In this document: piece after piece, positions 1 to 13,300 of the stretch
How positions within the stretch are numbered: position 1 is the stretch's first letter
Layout of the letters: every line of letters begins with the position of its first letter
Origin: Schizochytrium sp. TIO01
Taxonomy: Eukaryota > Protista > Bigyra: Labyrinthulomycetes
DNA: 64,000 bases
Reading direction: 5' to 3'
Assembly (NCBI GenBank): GCA_004764695.1
Contig: SMSO01000031.1
Span: forward strand, 4,936,436 to 5,000,435
Translations under genes and position numbers: made by a program
The notes under the pieces: model-generated
The model's input: only the letters and a program-made list of their open reading frames with translations
Told to the model about the DNA's origin: nothing
Databases searched by the model: none

Positions 1-411
1 CAGTTTGTCATTTGCGTATTGACCTTCGCACTGCAATGGCTGGGGTCCATGAAGATGCTTGTGATTCACGAAAGGAGGCTTTGCCCTCGCCCCCCCAGAC
101 CCGACCTAGCTTTGGAGCCAACGAGGCAGTCAATTGAGCGATCGAACAGCCATCCCCGTGCCGAAGGTCTCCGTCGATATCGATTTCGACGTATTATGTC
201 CCAGGAAGCAAAATCTTTCTTTTATTTATTGACTCTCTTTCATTTACTCTTTCCTCTTGCTACTGTTTTCCTAGGGTTTGCTAGGACGAGCCAGACCGAA
301 TCAAATACCCGAGGCCCCAGCGATGATGAAAGCATTGCGTCCTCGCGTGGACCTGGTGATATGGGCTCGCTCATCCACGACCTTTGTCAGGAGCGGGGCA
401 TGCGCTTTCAT
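1..411 (-). pseudogene. Probable decayed short-chain dehydrogenase/reductase (SDR) fragment
   Basis: Manual minus-strand translation from ATG at 411 gives MKAHAPLLTKVVDERAHITRSTRGRNAFIIAGASGI*FGLAR. This resembles the SDR Rossmann motif (G..A.ITGGASGIG.G.AR), with TGA at 301-303 where Gly is expected. Further downstream, broken pieces read VEIDID and IDCLV. Confidence 0.35.
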
Positions 412-727
412 GCCTCCGGCTTGTAGATGGCCGGATGCACAGCGGTTCACGTCGTGCTTTTGCTTTCCATTGATTATGGATCTAAAAGTCCTAAGTTGAC
501 TCGTAATCTATAGTATTACACAAAGAAAGGATCAAATAGATAAAGAAACAAAAAGAAACACAGTCAAAAGCAAGGAAGGAAAGCAAAGCCCAAACGAGCA
601 AACAACCAGCAAACCCGTCTCGGTCCGGCACGGCTCCCGAAGTTTGGCGCACAGATTTGCTGTGTCTGTCTTCCCTGCCGCGGCTGCCCGCTGCACGCCG
701 TCGCTTGTGGTCCCAGTTGAATCTGGC

Positions 728-1393
728 ATGGCCTCGATGCCTACTTCGCCGTCGCCGTCGCCTTCCTCGCCTGCCTCGCCCCTTGAGGTGTCTGCGTCTG
801 TCTCGTCAGGGTCCTCTCCGGAGGCGCTCTTAGATGCGGAGCGCCGACGTAGCGCGGCTCTCGCCGATGAGCTCCAGGCTTTGCGTGCGCAACTTCTCCG
901 CAATAGCGTGGAGGCAGAGGCAGAAGAGGAATTCCTCATCAACAAGTTGAACAAGAAGTTGACGCAACTCTTGGGCGAAAAAGAGCGCTTGGCACAAGAG
1001 GTGGAGCGCGAGGAGGAGCTCATCACCAACACGCTGCAGAAGCAACTTGCCCAGCTGCGCAGGGACAAGGTTGACCTTGAGAATAGGCTTGAGCAGGAGC
1101 AAGAATGTATGGTGAACAAGCTCCAGCGAAGGGTCGCGGTGCTCGAGAAGGAGAAGGACGAGGCTCTACGCAGACGTAGAGAAGAAAAACGGAGAGAACA
1201 GGAGTTTGTGCATGACTGCCTCGCGATTCTACAGCAACCGGTGGAAAAGGCAGAGAAGAAAGACCCTGCTGCACAAAAGGAGGCGATGGACGCGATGCTT
1301 ACGCTGCAGAGGAAGTTTCTGCAGAGACACTCGCATCTCAGAGAACGAAAGGACTCATCAGTGTCAGTGGCCACGCAGCACAGCGAAGGGTGA
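728..1393 (+). CDS. CCDC6/DUF2046-like coiled-coil protein
   Basis: AEAEEEFLINKLNKKL..EKERLA..EREEELITNTLQKQL..L..DKVDLENRLEQEQECMVNKL follows the repeated EEE.I.N.L pattern of CCDC6 (H4/D10S170). The first in-frame ATG is at 728; the track starts at TTG 644. Confidence 0.8.
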   Translation: MASMPTSPSPSPSSPASPLEVSASVSSGSSPEALLDAERRRSAALADELQALRAQLLRNSVEAEAEEEFLINKLNKKLTQLLGEKERLAQEVEREEELITNTLQKQLAQLRRDKVDLENRLEQEQECMVNKLQRRVAVLEKEKDEALRRRREEKRREQEFVHDCLAILQQPVEKAEKKDPAAQKEAMDAMLTLQRKFLQRHSHLRERKDSSVSVATQHSEG

Positions 1394-2305
1394 GCTGCTA
1401 CAAATAGTCTCCCCAAGATTTTGAGGCCGACCTGAGCTACAATGAAGTTTTGCAGGTCTGAAAAACAATGGTTCAAATCGTTGCAGTCTGAACCTGTAGT
1501 CTGAACCTGCGAGATTTAGAAAGTTGGCTTATACCAGTCGTGACCTTGAACTTCATCTAATCGTGTGTTCGTTGCGTATGAATTTTCTCACGCTATGCCA
1601 CTTCATTTCCCTTTCTTCACGGGGATTTCCTTGTCTCGGTCATGATCGGCAGGCTTGTTTGTCCGATGTTTGGTTTCTGATGCATAAAAGAATACAGTCA
1701 GGAATAAAACCTGGAGAGGGAACAGTGGAGTGGGTATAGTTTTAATGTGCTCACCGTCCGCATTGTATATTTCTTATCCTTGCTTCTCCATCATAATCAC
1801 AATAATAAAAATATAATTCTTCACCTCTTCTCCTTCTTTCTTTCTTCAACAATGCAGACCCCAAGAGCAATCCGGTGATATCAATAATCTATAGAATTAT
1901 TTTGCCAGCTAAAGTTTTACTTATATTCCCCGGTTGAACGAAGCTCCCATTAGATTTTTGCTTATTTTCTGTAAAATATAGAAGCTTCGTATTTTGCCAC
2001 CTGTCCTGCTGTTTTGTATCATGAAAAGAACTCAAGAAACGAATTCCGAAACACAGAGACAGCTTTCAGAATTCCCAAGTCTGTTTCATGGAACCAAGCA
2101 AGCAATATTTGTGTTGACAGAAAAATAAAATAATTGTATTCATATTCATTTCAGTACACATTCTCTAAAAATTAGAAATATTCGCACCAGACTAAAAACA
2201 CTTTAGAACGGAGCATATATTTCACCACTTCAATTGGAGCTCTTAAGACAAGAGCTGCTTGTAATCACTCTCTTAATCACCAAAATCACTGCATCAAAAT
2301 TCATT

Positions 2306-5300
2306 TTACACAGCAGCAGATAAGGAAACTTGCTGACTGTGCCTCTTTCGGAGGGCCTCAAATTCAGCAAGTTGAGCGCGGGCTGTTCGAAGGCGATGCC
2401 TGTGCGTGTCAAAGTGGTTACTCGCAGCCACTCGCTTGCGTGTAAAGAGTTGCTCAGGCGTTGTCAATTCGGGTCGAGGCACATCCAGATCTAAAGGAAA
2501 ATCAGATTCGCGAGATGCTGCGGAGCGGATGCGTAGACGACCCCCGCCCACTCCGTCACCATCATACATGAACTGTACTGACGGTGAACGCTCCTGCTGC
2601 GCTCTTATGCGCACATGGCCACTTCTACAGTCTCCCGGCACGGCCTGCTCTACAGACTCAGCTCCATCACTCTCTTCAAATTCACTGCTGCTGCTGCTAT
2701 CCTCAGAGGTATCACATGACTCTGTAGGAGTTACAGCTGCCACTTTCTGCACAAGACGCTGCCTGCGTTGCTGCTGTACACGGCGACGACGTCGCATGCC
2801 ACGCACCTCGTTTGTGTCGAGCTTCTTTTTATAAAATTCAATAGTGGCGTCTTGCACAGCCGTATGCAAGGCACTTAAGTCCATCAAGAACTGTCCTTGT
2901 GGAACTTTAAACGCAGCTTGGGGCGGAGCCCTAGGCGCGCTAGGCACATTGTAGCGCTCCGGGTTGAATGCATGTTGTTGCTTTTCCTCCCAACCAGGTG
3001 AGAGGCGAACAGGACGTACCTCAGCTTTGCTACTGTTACCACTGGTTTTGCTGTTCGCTGAAAATGCGTCCATATCTCCATCTATGATATCCTGAGCACG
3101 GCGAAGTCGAGCAGCCAAGGCGCGAAGTTCATGGGGCCCTACCTTGACAGAAACCGATGATACCTCGCTAACCTCATCATCAGATTCATACCCAACTGTC
3201 CGTCTAGAGTCGTGGCGCAAATCCTCGCGAGCAGGGTTAGGGGATGTAGAACGCGGTTGTGCATATTCTTGATTAGCACCGGCTGTGTGCACCTGCGAAA
3301 AAGATACTGATTCGTGCATTGAAGACGTAGAGCGTTTGGAAGGGGGTGGCGGCACGAATACATCAAAGGCTTTAAGAAGATCAGCAAAGTTTAAATATTG
3401 TGAAGAAAGCTCAAGCAATCCACATGCCTTTAAAACATGTTCATCAGTAAGTACCAAAGGCTGACCGCTCCAGCGAGCAAAGTCCTCCAAGATACGGCGG
3501 CCATCATCAACAGTAATAAGGCCATCTTCATTCCAGTCGCGTGCATCAAATGCGTTTTTCAGAGCAGCCTGTGCAGAATCAAGAGTATATGGATCAATAT
3601 TTTGCCCCCTCCACATCCGCAAGCGTGCTGGGTCACGGTTAAAATCATTCGCTAATCGCATCCTAGCGGTTAGCATGTCAATACTTTCATCTACGTCGCT
3701 CGGAAGGGGTGGCAAATCATGATCTCCAGCTCGCAACTGAGCTGCAAGCTTTGCCATGACTTCCTTCTTCATAGATTGTAGATCATCCTCTGGTTTCTCC
3801 CCGTGCGTAGCGTATGCCCTCCGCCGAGCAGCTTGTGCAGCTTCACTTTCTTTCTTATCGTTGGTATACAAACGTTTTTTGAGACGAGCCAAAGTTAAGT
3901 CGAGATCCTCAGCAAGACTCACACGAGGATCAACCTCCCTTCCATACGCGTCGACATTATGATCTGATGAATAGGGCCTAGACTTTGCTTCGCCTGAACC
4001 ACCTTTGGGATGGCTATTTCTCTCCAGAATATGAAGAATATCCTCGTGATCTTGAGCGTCGACATCGTCTTTGTCCACAGAGTGAATAGCGTTCCGGAAT
4101 TCACGAGGATAAGGAGTGGGCCTCTCTGCAGCAAGCTCGCGCAGAGTTACCCATGAACGAAGCTCTTTAATGTCCCCATTGGTTTTGCTATTGAAGCGCG
4201 CAACAGTCTCTCGAGCGCGGCGCGTAATAGTCTGAGCGTTCTCTATGACTTCATCCATCGACTCAGCAAGAATTTCTTCTTTCTTTTCCAAGAGGGGAGA
4301 TTGCGTAGGGGTATCTTGGGGCTCCACAACGGCAATTTGATCAAAGTTGAGTTCCATTGCTGGGGAGTCAGCTGAGCCTTGACTTTCTTCTTGCATGGCA
4401 TCTGAGGTGAGGCGAAACGCATACATGGCAGCCTCAAGATTGCTACCAATCTCAGCTGCTGTAGTATGCGAAGAGGAAGAATTGTCTGGCAAAACAAGAA
4501 AGACGTCACTAGACTTCTGCAAAGCGGCGTCCTCCGACCGCTCGTGTGACATAATCTCTTCAAGGTCTTTCATTTTACGCCGGGCAGCGTTGATTGCATC
4601 GCGCATGCTTTGTGCAGCCATTGGATCTTCAAGTGCTACGCGTACCTTGCGAGGACTTGATGACTTGGAGCTACTCCCATCGGAGTTGGTTTCATGTACA
4701 ATTACCTCGTCATCATCGTCTTCGACATCAGATTCCACATTTACATCAGAGTCATCCTCAGACTCGGAATCATCGCCATCACTAAGTAAGTGAAACTCGG
4801 CAATACGCTCTCGACTAGCTGACTGATCTGACAATCGCCGCTCACCCCGCCCTCGACGTGGGCTCCTGCGCGACTCCCGTCCTGTGGCATCCAGGCTAAG
4901 ACGTGCAGCAGCAAGCTCCTCTACGTCACGAGCAATTAGATCGTCGAGCGTTTCCACGCCGCGAAAACCTTCCCCTGGGCGGGTTCGAGAAAGCGGAGAA
5001 GGCTGCTGCCAAACATAATCACCGCCGACGCTTTTATTGTCATCATCATCATCATCATCACTCATGAGTCCAGTATCAAGCAGAGGCTTTGAATGTTTGG
5101 ATGCCTTTGCTGCAGCTGCGGAAGTCCACCAAAATCCCTTTTCGTCTTCGCTTGCTTGTCTGTGTATTTATATTTTAGGTCAGGCCTTTAAAGTGCTCTT
5201 TGCATCAAAATTCCAGGAGAAAACATAACTTACCTTGTGTCGAGATTTCGTGTTTTCCTATCTGTAGGCTCTGATGTACGAAATCTGTGAATCATGCGCG

Positions 5301-5328
5301 CAATAGTACTTCCTTTGGTATCGTCCAT
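2306..5328 (-). CDS. Two-exon hypothetical protein (~1000 aa) with a PROSER3-like N-terminal motif and an EF-hand-like segment; exon 1 5328-5234, intron 5233-5160, exon 2 5159-2306
   Basis: Canonical donor AAG|GTAAGT and acceptor ACACAG|. Splicing joins MDDTKGSTIARMIHRFRTSEPTDRKTRNLDT-R-QASEDEKGFWWTS... in frame to the 919-aa ORF. EF-hand-like loop AFDARDWNEDGLITVDD. Confidence 0.75.
5160..5233 (-). other. 74-nt GT-AG spliceosomal intron
   Basis: GTAAGT donor, CTGAC branch-like sequence and CAG acceptor; removing it restores a continuous reading frame. Confidence 0.8.
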
Positions 5329-6558
5329 GGTAACAAGGCTATGCCTGAACGATTTTTGATGAAATTCGTTTAGGCTTTGCTTTGAGTTTTGTCGCTTTCC
5401 CGCGAGTTGACAGTGACTCCTGATGCTGGCTGTAAGAAGCCAGAGAATAATCGGCAGAACAAGCCCAGGGCCCAAGGCAGTTTCTTTCTTCTTTAAACCA
5501 GATGTGAGAGGGACACCGTGCCTCCTCTATCTCAACACCGATGATAACTTTCTCGTGGACTCCTCTCAGAATTGAAGTAGGATGTTCGACGTTTCACCAA
5601 AACTTGAGCGTTGCTGTAAGCTCGGGTTGACCAAACGTTCCACAAAGATTCGTTGTTTATTCTGGTGGGGTGGTTGGCTGTATGACCAATTATAATCACT
5701 TGTGTCTCTGTAATTCCAGACCTAGTTCACAGTTTCGCAACTATGTACAGATGTGAAGCGCAGCTAGTTGATTGCTTGGCCAACTCTACCTCTGCTACCA
5801 GTTATTCACCCGGCCGCCAAGTTCGGATGTCAACCAATACAGGTTTGCTGCTGAGGAATCTCGCAGGCGCAGCACTTCTGTGGCGCGAGCACCGACAACA
5901 GCAAATAATAATAATAATAAAACACATTTAAAAAAACAGTAAACAGAAAAAAACAGTAAACAGAAAAAACAGAAAAACAGAAAAACAAAAAAAACAAAGA
6001 AACGGATGCAGCTCGACGTTGTTGGGACTCGCGCGGTCTCCGTTCGAAGAGTCAACAAAGCTATGCGAGGCCTGCCACGATTGAAGACCTGAGTGCTTAA
6101 CGATTCCCTCGTGTCAGTAAGTGTCTATCTACCTCTCGTTGCGCACGATGCGACCTCAGAACTGGCGTGGCGAAGGCAGCCTCGTTGTTGATTTGCGGGT
6201 GCTCGCAAGCTCTCTTTTGATACTAAAATATAGTCCTATTATAATTGATAAATGAGAAATAGGACTGTTACCAGTAATTAACCTTATAAAAAGAATGCCA
6301 CGAAATCTTGGTCTCTACGATCTTGATGCTTCATAAATCCCACCACCACTTTCTTTGATAAAGCACAACAAACATAGCGTCGGCTCGAAGACCCTCTTCA
6401 TATTCTTGATCATTGGGGTGGCCATAGGGTATGTTATAAGAAGTCCTCCATGCATTTTAAGTTCTTGGCTCAGGTTAACTGAAATGCGAGGAATCCACTA
6501 GCACGGTCAGTAACATGCCGATAAAACTGGTCAGAGAGAGACAGACAGACAGAGAGGA

Positions 6559-6589
<31 letters not shown>

Positions 6590-6599
6590 CTTATTAGAT

Positions 6600-9540
6600 C
6601 CATTCAAGTTTGCTATTCTCATAACTGCGTTCAAGTAGGGTAGTTCTATTAGTGAAGCTCCTTTGGTATGAAGCGACCTCGAGCTCAACAGTCATCCAGA
6701 TAAATAACGATTCTATGATGAACTACCTTCAGGCAGATGGGCAGATGCAAGGCAATGCAACATGAAACAATTCCATGTACCTCAATTCAACCGAATACGA
6801 TGAAATTTGATATCCCAAATTGTTTGCATCATTCATACTGCATTCCACTATACCATGCAATACTGATCATCAAGTACTGCATGGAGATGGAGAGGTATTG
6901 CGCTTCTTTATAAAACAGTAATGTCAAGGGTTGCGAATGCTCAAGTCTTGGGGTACGCTAGTAAATTCGGCGACGGATAATCGACAGTGCACCACGCCAA
7001 ATAACCTTATAGCACACCCGCTTCAAGAAAACTCACATAACATTATGCAAAGTGTGACTGGCAATTTTTTCTTGTTCAAAGCTACCGTATCTGCTCCGGG
7101 CCCATTTGATTGTTGAGCTACCTACTCACCAGAAGACGAAGAATTACTAGGCTAATAGTTTACTATGGACCTCCTTTAAAATCTAGAACCATTGTTAGAG
7201 TTGTTGGCTCCAGAATTTCTACTCACCCCGTTTGCATGTGCCGAACACAACGTATTCTTTTGTCTATTTATGCAGGTCAATATATCCATGCACATTGGAA
7301 TGCAGCTTCTCTTCGGAGTTGCGTTCTCTCATCAATCCAATTAACCTATTTTCTCTGACTCGACTCAGGCTGTGTCGACTCAGCTCTTCCCTGCTTTTAG
7401 CAGGCACGCACTACATCTCGTGCGGCATTACCAAAAGCAAGGTTGTGCGATTTAGCTGCACCTGCATTGTAACAGAATGATTTCCTCCTGTTAATGCCGT
7501 GCACTGGTAAAGCAATCAATAAGTGCCTATAAAAGGCAGTGAGTCAGCATAATTTAATGATAACGAAATTCACAACCATGGACCCACGAAGTAGTAGCAG
7601 CTGTAGCTCCTCTCGTCAGGTAAGTTTCAGGAAATTGTCTGGCCGCCTCAAAGTCTGTCCCTCTCAACCCAATCAGTTCCTAGCCATCTTGAACTACAAA
7701 TGAGGCCCAAATTCACCCCTTTGTCTGTTATAACTCCTCTAGTAGAAGTCACTTATGATGCTGTAGGATGGTTCTTCTCTTGCGAGCGGTCCTGGCTCAA
7801 CGTATGGGGCATTGCGTGCGTTTTCAACAGCTCCCTTCCGGTGAAGGGTGATCATAATTCACGATGCTTGAGCACACTGAACGATCAAGAGGATAGACAC
7901 AAGCCGAGCTACTGCAATGCAGCAATGGTGATGCCAAGCTTGCCTTTCCTCCATGCACCGCAGTATTGACGTCATTGAAGGTGCTGGTAAAATGCTAGTT
8001 AGTAAGTATTCTTAGTGATGTAAGTATAGTCTTGGCACCAATATGTGAGAGAACACCCTTTAAAGGCAATCCATGGGCAGCCTAACGAGCTTTGATTGGG
8101 GGGCACAGCACGAAGGCTTATAAGCTAGAGGTCGCTTAGAATGTAATTGTCGCAATAACACTCTCATGAGCCATAGACCCTGCGCAAATTCTACTCTTAA
8201 CCTTGGGCAGTGAAGTGCTATCTAGGATCTTTGGTGAGACGTTCGTGAAGAAACATTAGTGGCATAATCTTAGTCTTCTTCCATTCACTATCGACGATAA
8301 TTTGTGGTCATAATTATGGCATAGCACTTATCTACTTCAAATTGCATCGCAAGGATTGGCGAGATTCAATTGAGTGTAGAGCCTGTGTAAAGTAGAAGCT
8401 CCTCGCAGTCTCAGAGGCTAACCCCCATCAACTATATTTTCACTTGAGTAAAGCCCAAGTCAACTCTCATAATATGAGCTGCACGCAGATCGTCATTCTA
8501 GTTGGAATAGTCCGTGGTCAACACGGGTAAGATCGGATTAGGTCGAAGGCTCGCCGTGGCGTGAAGAGCAGTACTGGGTGCGCGATGGATCTCCGGTAGA
8601 AGAAGGATAGCATCTTAGTTGTGACCATCAAGATAATGCGGAAAGGATCAAATTCTTTTGCTTCTAGCTCGAGTATACTACCTAATACCTATTACCACCA
8701 CACAAATGGATGCAGTGAGTGCTCGGAAAATGAGAACCATTAAGTTCTCGTTGTGATTCAAAATATCCTCATCATTAACGCAGATTCACCAAATTCTCCA
8801 CGCGTGAAACTCATGTTTTGCTCATCAACCGAGTGGAACTTGAAGGAAACGGTGAACTGAGAAGGTGCTATCCTCGCGTCAAAATAAAACCACAGATAAT
8901 ATTGCTTATTGCTTAACCTGAACGTACCTTGTGCCACGAGAAAGGGTGGCATAGCTGCATGAGACGTTCACTTAAACAAATACACTTTATATCTCTATCA
9001 GAAGTATGAAGTGTCGATTGGCCGTGATAAGAGGTTGTGCACAGCCCTGCGCGTATCTCCGCTTGATTTCACGTGAAATCTTGAGATATCGATCGTTAAC
9101 GAATGGTCTTTATCCAATTAAGACATACTCGCTCAGTTTTGGGCCTTGAGGTGCCGACCTTCGCACCAATGACCGCTCAAACACTTCCAGGCAAATTTTC
9201 AATTTTTTGTCTCTTGGTGGTCCTCGTCTAAGGCCATTCAGGCTGCTGTGAGCTTATCGGCACGAGCCCGATAGGCCGGAATTCTTGAACCGCAGTTCAC
9301 TCAATAAATTTCCCTGCTGCAATTTTTGATTCGAGTAAATGTAAAGGACAGGAAAGATAACATCAAATTACCGGCCTGCCATCTTTCCTTTCGCAGCCTG
9401 TAGAGGTCCGTCGTAGCTAGACTTATGTGAGTAGCTCCCAGGAGTTGTGCATGATAAAGATCGATAACCTCCGAACACGTACACCTACAGGCAGACATTT
9501 GCGGAGCCTTTCCGAATTCCAATCGAGCTCCTACGCACGA
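6600..9540 (+). pseudogene. Possible heavily decayed leucine-rich-repeat gene
   Basis: Coding-like composition but no long ORF. Scattered LRR-like fragments: LFSLTRLRLCRLSSSLLLAGT (~7350), SCERSWLNVWGIAC (LRR N-cap-like, ~7780), RFYDELPSG (~6710), LEV.DLRTND (~9145), FPAAIF (~9310). Confidence 0.25.
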
Positions 9541-9705
9541 CTTCCCATTCTCGGCGACGCCGACTACTAGTATTAAACTTCAGGAACAAGAGGAGAAAGG
9601 TTAAGAATTCCATAGCTACTACTACTAGGCATAAAGGCACCTATCATGTTGTATAACTTGTAGTGATAATAATTATTGTTCTTTTTAAAAGTTATAATTA
9701 TTGAA

Positions 9706-9760
<55 letters not shown>
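9706..9760. repeat. (AAT)n microsatellite in an AT-rich island
   Basis: Directly visible. Confidence 0.95.
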
Positions 9761-10393
9761 TTTTATTTTTCTAATAAAATAATTTTTCCTAAAATAAAAT
9801 ATTGAGTTTCTTTTAGGGTGTGTACTTTTTTAGTAAATTCGTGAGCAGCAACGGATCTTTTCTTTATCCCATTGTTTAGACTGTCGTGGGACTATGCCTC
9901 TCATGCTCTCTAGTTTGCTATAAACAGCCGCATCCAAGGAGACAAAGGGTTTGTGAATAAAATGATTGTAATGTCAAATAATCGATTATGAAGACACGTA
10001 AGAAGATCTAACAATCATACCTAATCTTCATTTGTTCAATTTGTAAATAAATTGTTCATAAATGGGAGAGATAGGGTAAATGTAAATAGGCCTTTAATCT
10101 TCATTATATTGGTTTAAAATTGCAAAATTTAGTCTTGAGTAAAGGAACTGAAGCACAACAACTAAGTCCAACAGCTGCAAGTTTTGACAAACGAAGGGTT
10201 GATTATTACTGCATGCAGCGACAGCGGAATCCAGTGTCAGGGGCACTCAATTGAGGACAAGCGCGTCACGTTTGGTATATTTGTAGCTGCCACCGTGACC
10301 AGCACGAGCTTCAAGCAGCGTTGCTGCTTTATTGCTTGGCTTAATTTTCTCTAGAGGCTTAAAGTCTCACGGAACGAAATCTACATCCAAAAG

Positions 10394-13300
10394 ATGGACC
10401 ACAAGGTTGTTAACGATTACACCAAAGGCCTTTCTACTGGAAATGACCACATCAAAGTTTTTGTACGAGCGCGCCCCCCAAATGATGGTGTAGAAGCGCC
10501 GGGCGATATGTGGACAGTTAATCCAAAAGATAACCAAGGCAAATTGACAATTAAGGACCCCTCACGTCATGTTGGTGAACACGCATTCCTCTTTGATAAT
10601 GTTCTTTGGTGCTCAAGCTCTCAGGAGCTGGTATTTCAACAGGTCGCACGTCCCCTCGTAGATCATTGCCTTACAGGTTATAATGGATGTTGCTTCGCTT
10701 ACGGGCAAACAGGTTCTGGAAAGACGTATTCGATGTTTGGTGAAACCGGGGCCAAGCGCGGCATTATTCCACGATGTGTGGATCACATATTCGCTTATGC
10801 TGAGCGAGAACAACGAAAAAATAAGCACATTGCTGTCAAAGTAGAAGTTTCGTTTTTAGAAATGTACTGTGACGAAATTCGAGATCTTGGCCGTGCCTAC
10901 ATCGAAAAAGAAGAATTCAAACTTAATAAAAAAATGAAAACCTCAGAATGGTACATGGAAAAGCTACGAAGCCGATCCTCATTTGCAAGTTCGCCTCCGC
11001 CGGAGCTTAACGCGGCATTCCGAGATAAAACTGATGAGGGTCTTGAGATTCATGAGGACTATGAAGGAAATGTCTTTGTCAAAGACTTGACGGTCATTCC
11101 TGTAACTAAAGCGACAGAGGTACTTGATATTGTTGAGCGAGGGTTTCGATTGCGAGCTACGCACGGAACAAAAATGAATGAACATTCTTCACGTTCCCAC
11201 GCTGTTTTTATTATTCGTGTTACACAGCGTAACTCGGCCGAGAAGAATACAGTGTCAGGGGTTCTAAATTTGGTCGATCTGGCTGGTAGTGAGCGTCTCG
11301 ATCGCAGCGAGTCTGAAGGACAGCGTATGCGCGAAACTCTTTTTATTAATAGCTCACTAAGTGCACTCGGCAAAGTTACAGCCGCACTGGACCCGTCTAC
11401 ACCTAGCGCGTATATTCCATATCGTGATTCGAAGCTCACTCGCCTGTTGCAGAACTCTTTGGGTGGAAATGCACATACGACAGTCATTGCGACACTAAAC
11501 CCTGCTCGTCTCAACTATGATGAGTGCCTTTGTACGTTGCAGTTTGCGAATCGTTGTCGCTTTGTAGTTAATCAACCTCGCATCAACTACCTTGAGGGTT
11601 CAGGTAAAGGAGTTTTGCAAGCCACAATTCGTAGGTTACAGAACCAAATTCGTCGATTGCGATTCGTGATGGCAGTGCTAATGGCTAAAAAGAACAAACA
11701 AATCGCAGATATACTTCGCGAACTAGGTCATGGCGATGCGCAAGTTATGAATGATGGACGAGTGCGGCTCGCAGATGGGCGGATTCTTGGTAAGGTGATT
11801 GACGTTGCAGCAATAGAAAAGCAAGTTTCCTCTGCACTTGAAGCACAAGAGGCGGCGTCTGGCGGCCAGGCTCCAGGTTCTTCTGAACTAGGTGGACTAG
11901 ATGGTATGGGTAGCTTTGACTTGACGAAGCTTGACGGCTCCGCTTTTTTCAATACGCTTCTAGGAGACGGTAACTTGAGCCCTACAGACGCAGGCGATGG
12001 AGTCTTTCTTGATGATGATGGAGAGGACGAAGAAGAAACAACCCAGTGGGACGCTCTTGGACCAGCGGGGGCTGTTCTTCGAGGTAAGATGCGGCGCTTA
12101 CGGCTTAAAGTTCAAAATGAGCGTAAGGAGCGAGATTATATTGAGGATCGTCTCAAGGGTTCTGAAGAATGAACTTCGTGCTTCAGAAACTACTCGTAAA
12201 GGTGAGGGTGAGCGCTACAACAAGGAGTCCCGACGATTACGCGATGAAGTTGCAGCATTACGTAAGGAGCTAATCAATGCAACAAGCAATGCTAAAAGTA
12301 AAATGATCATGGTGAGACGCGAGTATGAAGCGAGAATAGACTCACTAGTTCAAACCACTAGAGACATTCAGGAGAGCACACAAGAGCATCTTATGCGAGT
12401 TCCGGTTGCGCTTAAGGTTGATTCTGCTAAGCTAGAACAAGCCCGTCGTCAAGTTGCTGAACTATCAGAGACACTTGGTCAAAAGCACGCACATCATATC
12501 CGCACTCTTTTAGATGCAAACCAGGTGCAGATATCAAATATTCAACAACAGGCAGAATATTGGATCATGCAAAAAGATATCGAGTGTCAGCGGTTTGTCA
12601 AGGACTTCAATGCTTACCATCGCAAACGTTCTCAAGAAGCAAAAGAACTTCGACGAGAACTTGATATGCTGTATGATTATGCAAATTCGTTGACTCGCAC
12701 GTTCAATAAGATGCAGCGTGGATACTATAAGATTCGAGTTACTTCTAGGCAAGATCTCTTGCAAGAGATTATGGTTCGCGAAGAAGATATGCCTAAGAAT
12801 CCCAAACTGCGATTCCGGCAACTTAAGTACCAAGCCCAGATCCTTCGAGCATTTACACAGGAAGAAGAGAAGAATGCTCGTGCTATAGCAGGAAAATCTT
12901 CGTCGTCTTCAACAGAACATTATAATAATAGCAATGCCAACAACAACAGCTTTAGCTTAAAGCCACAGAAGAATAATATCATTCCGGAGAGTATCAAGAG
13001 TGATGTTGAAGAGAAGGTAGTCGAGCATAGGAGAAAAGGTGAGGAAGCTGGCACAAAAGAAAAGGCTGAGGTGTTGAAATTTATGCAGCCCGCGAGCGCC
13101 AAGCCAAGGCTAGCTTGTAGTACGAACCTCGGGCCAGCCAACTCCTTACTAGATGACGTCGAGTTTGCAGGCGTACGGCTTGATGCTGACATAGCAGGGA
13201 TGGATGAATGTGATTTGCGTGATCTTGTTAATGCGCTGCGCGAGTTTACAACATCCGACCTGGCACAGCATATTATTGAAGATAAGGTTTTGACTCGCGT

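Noticed and set aside
532-1476. 314-aa antisense ORF and similar shadow ORFs (e.g. 40558-41589, 50880-51746)
   Set aside because: They overlap well-supported genes on the opposite strand or in another frame and have no recognisable motifs.
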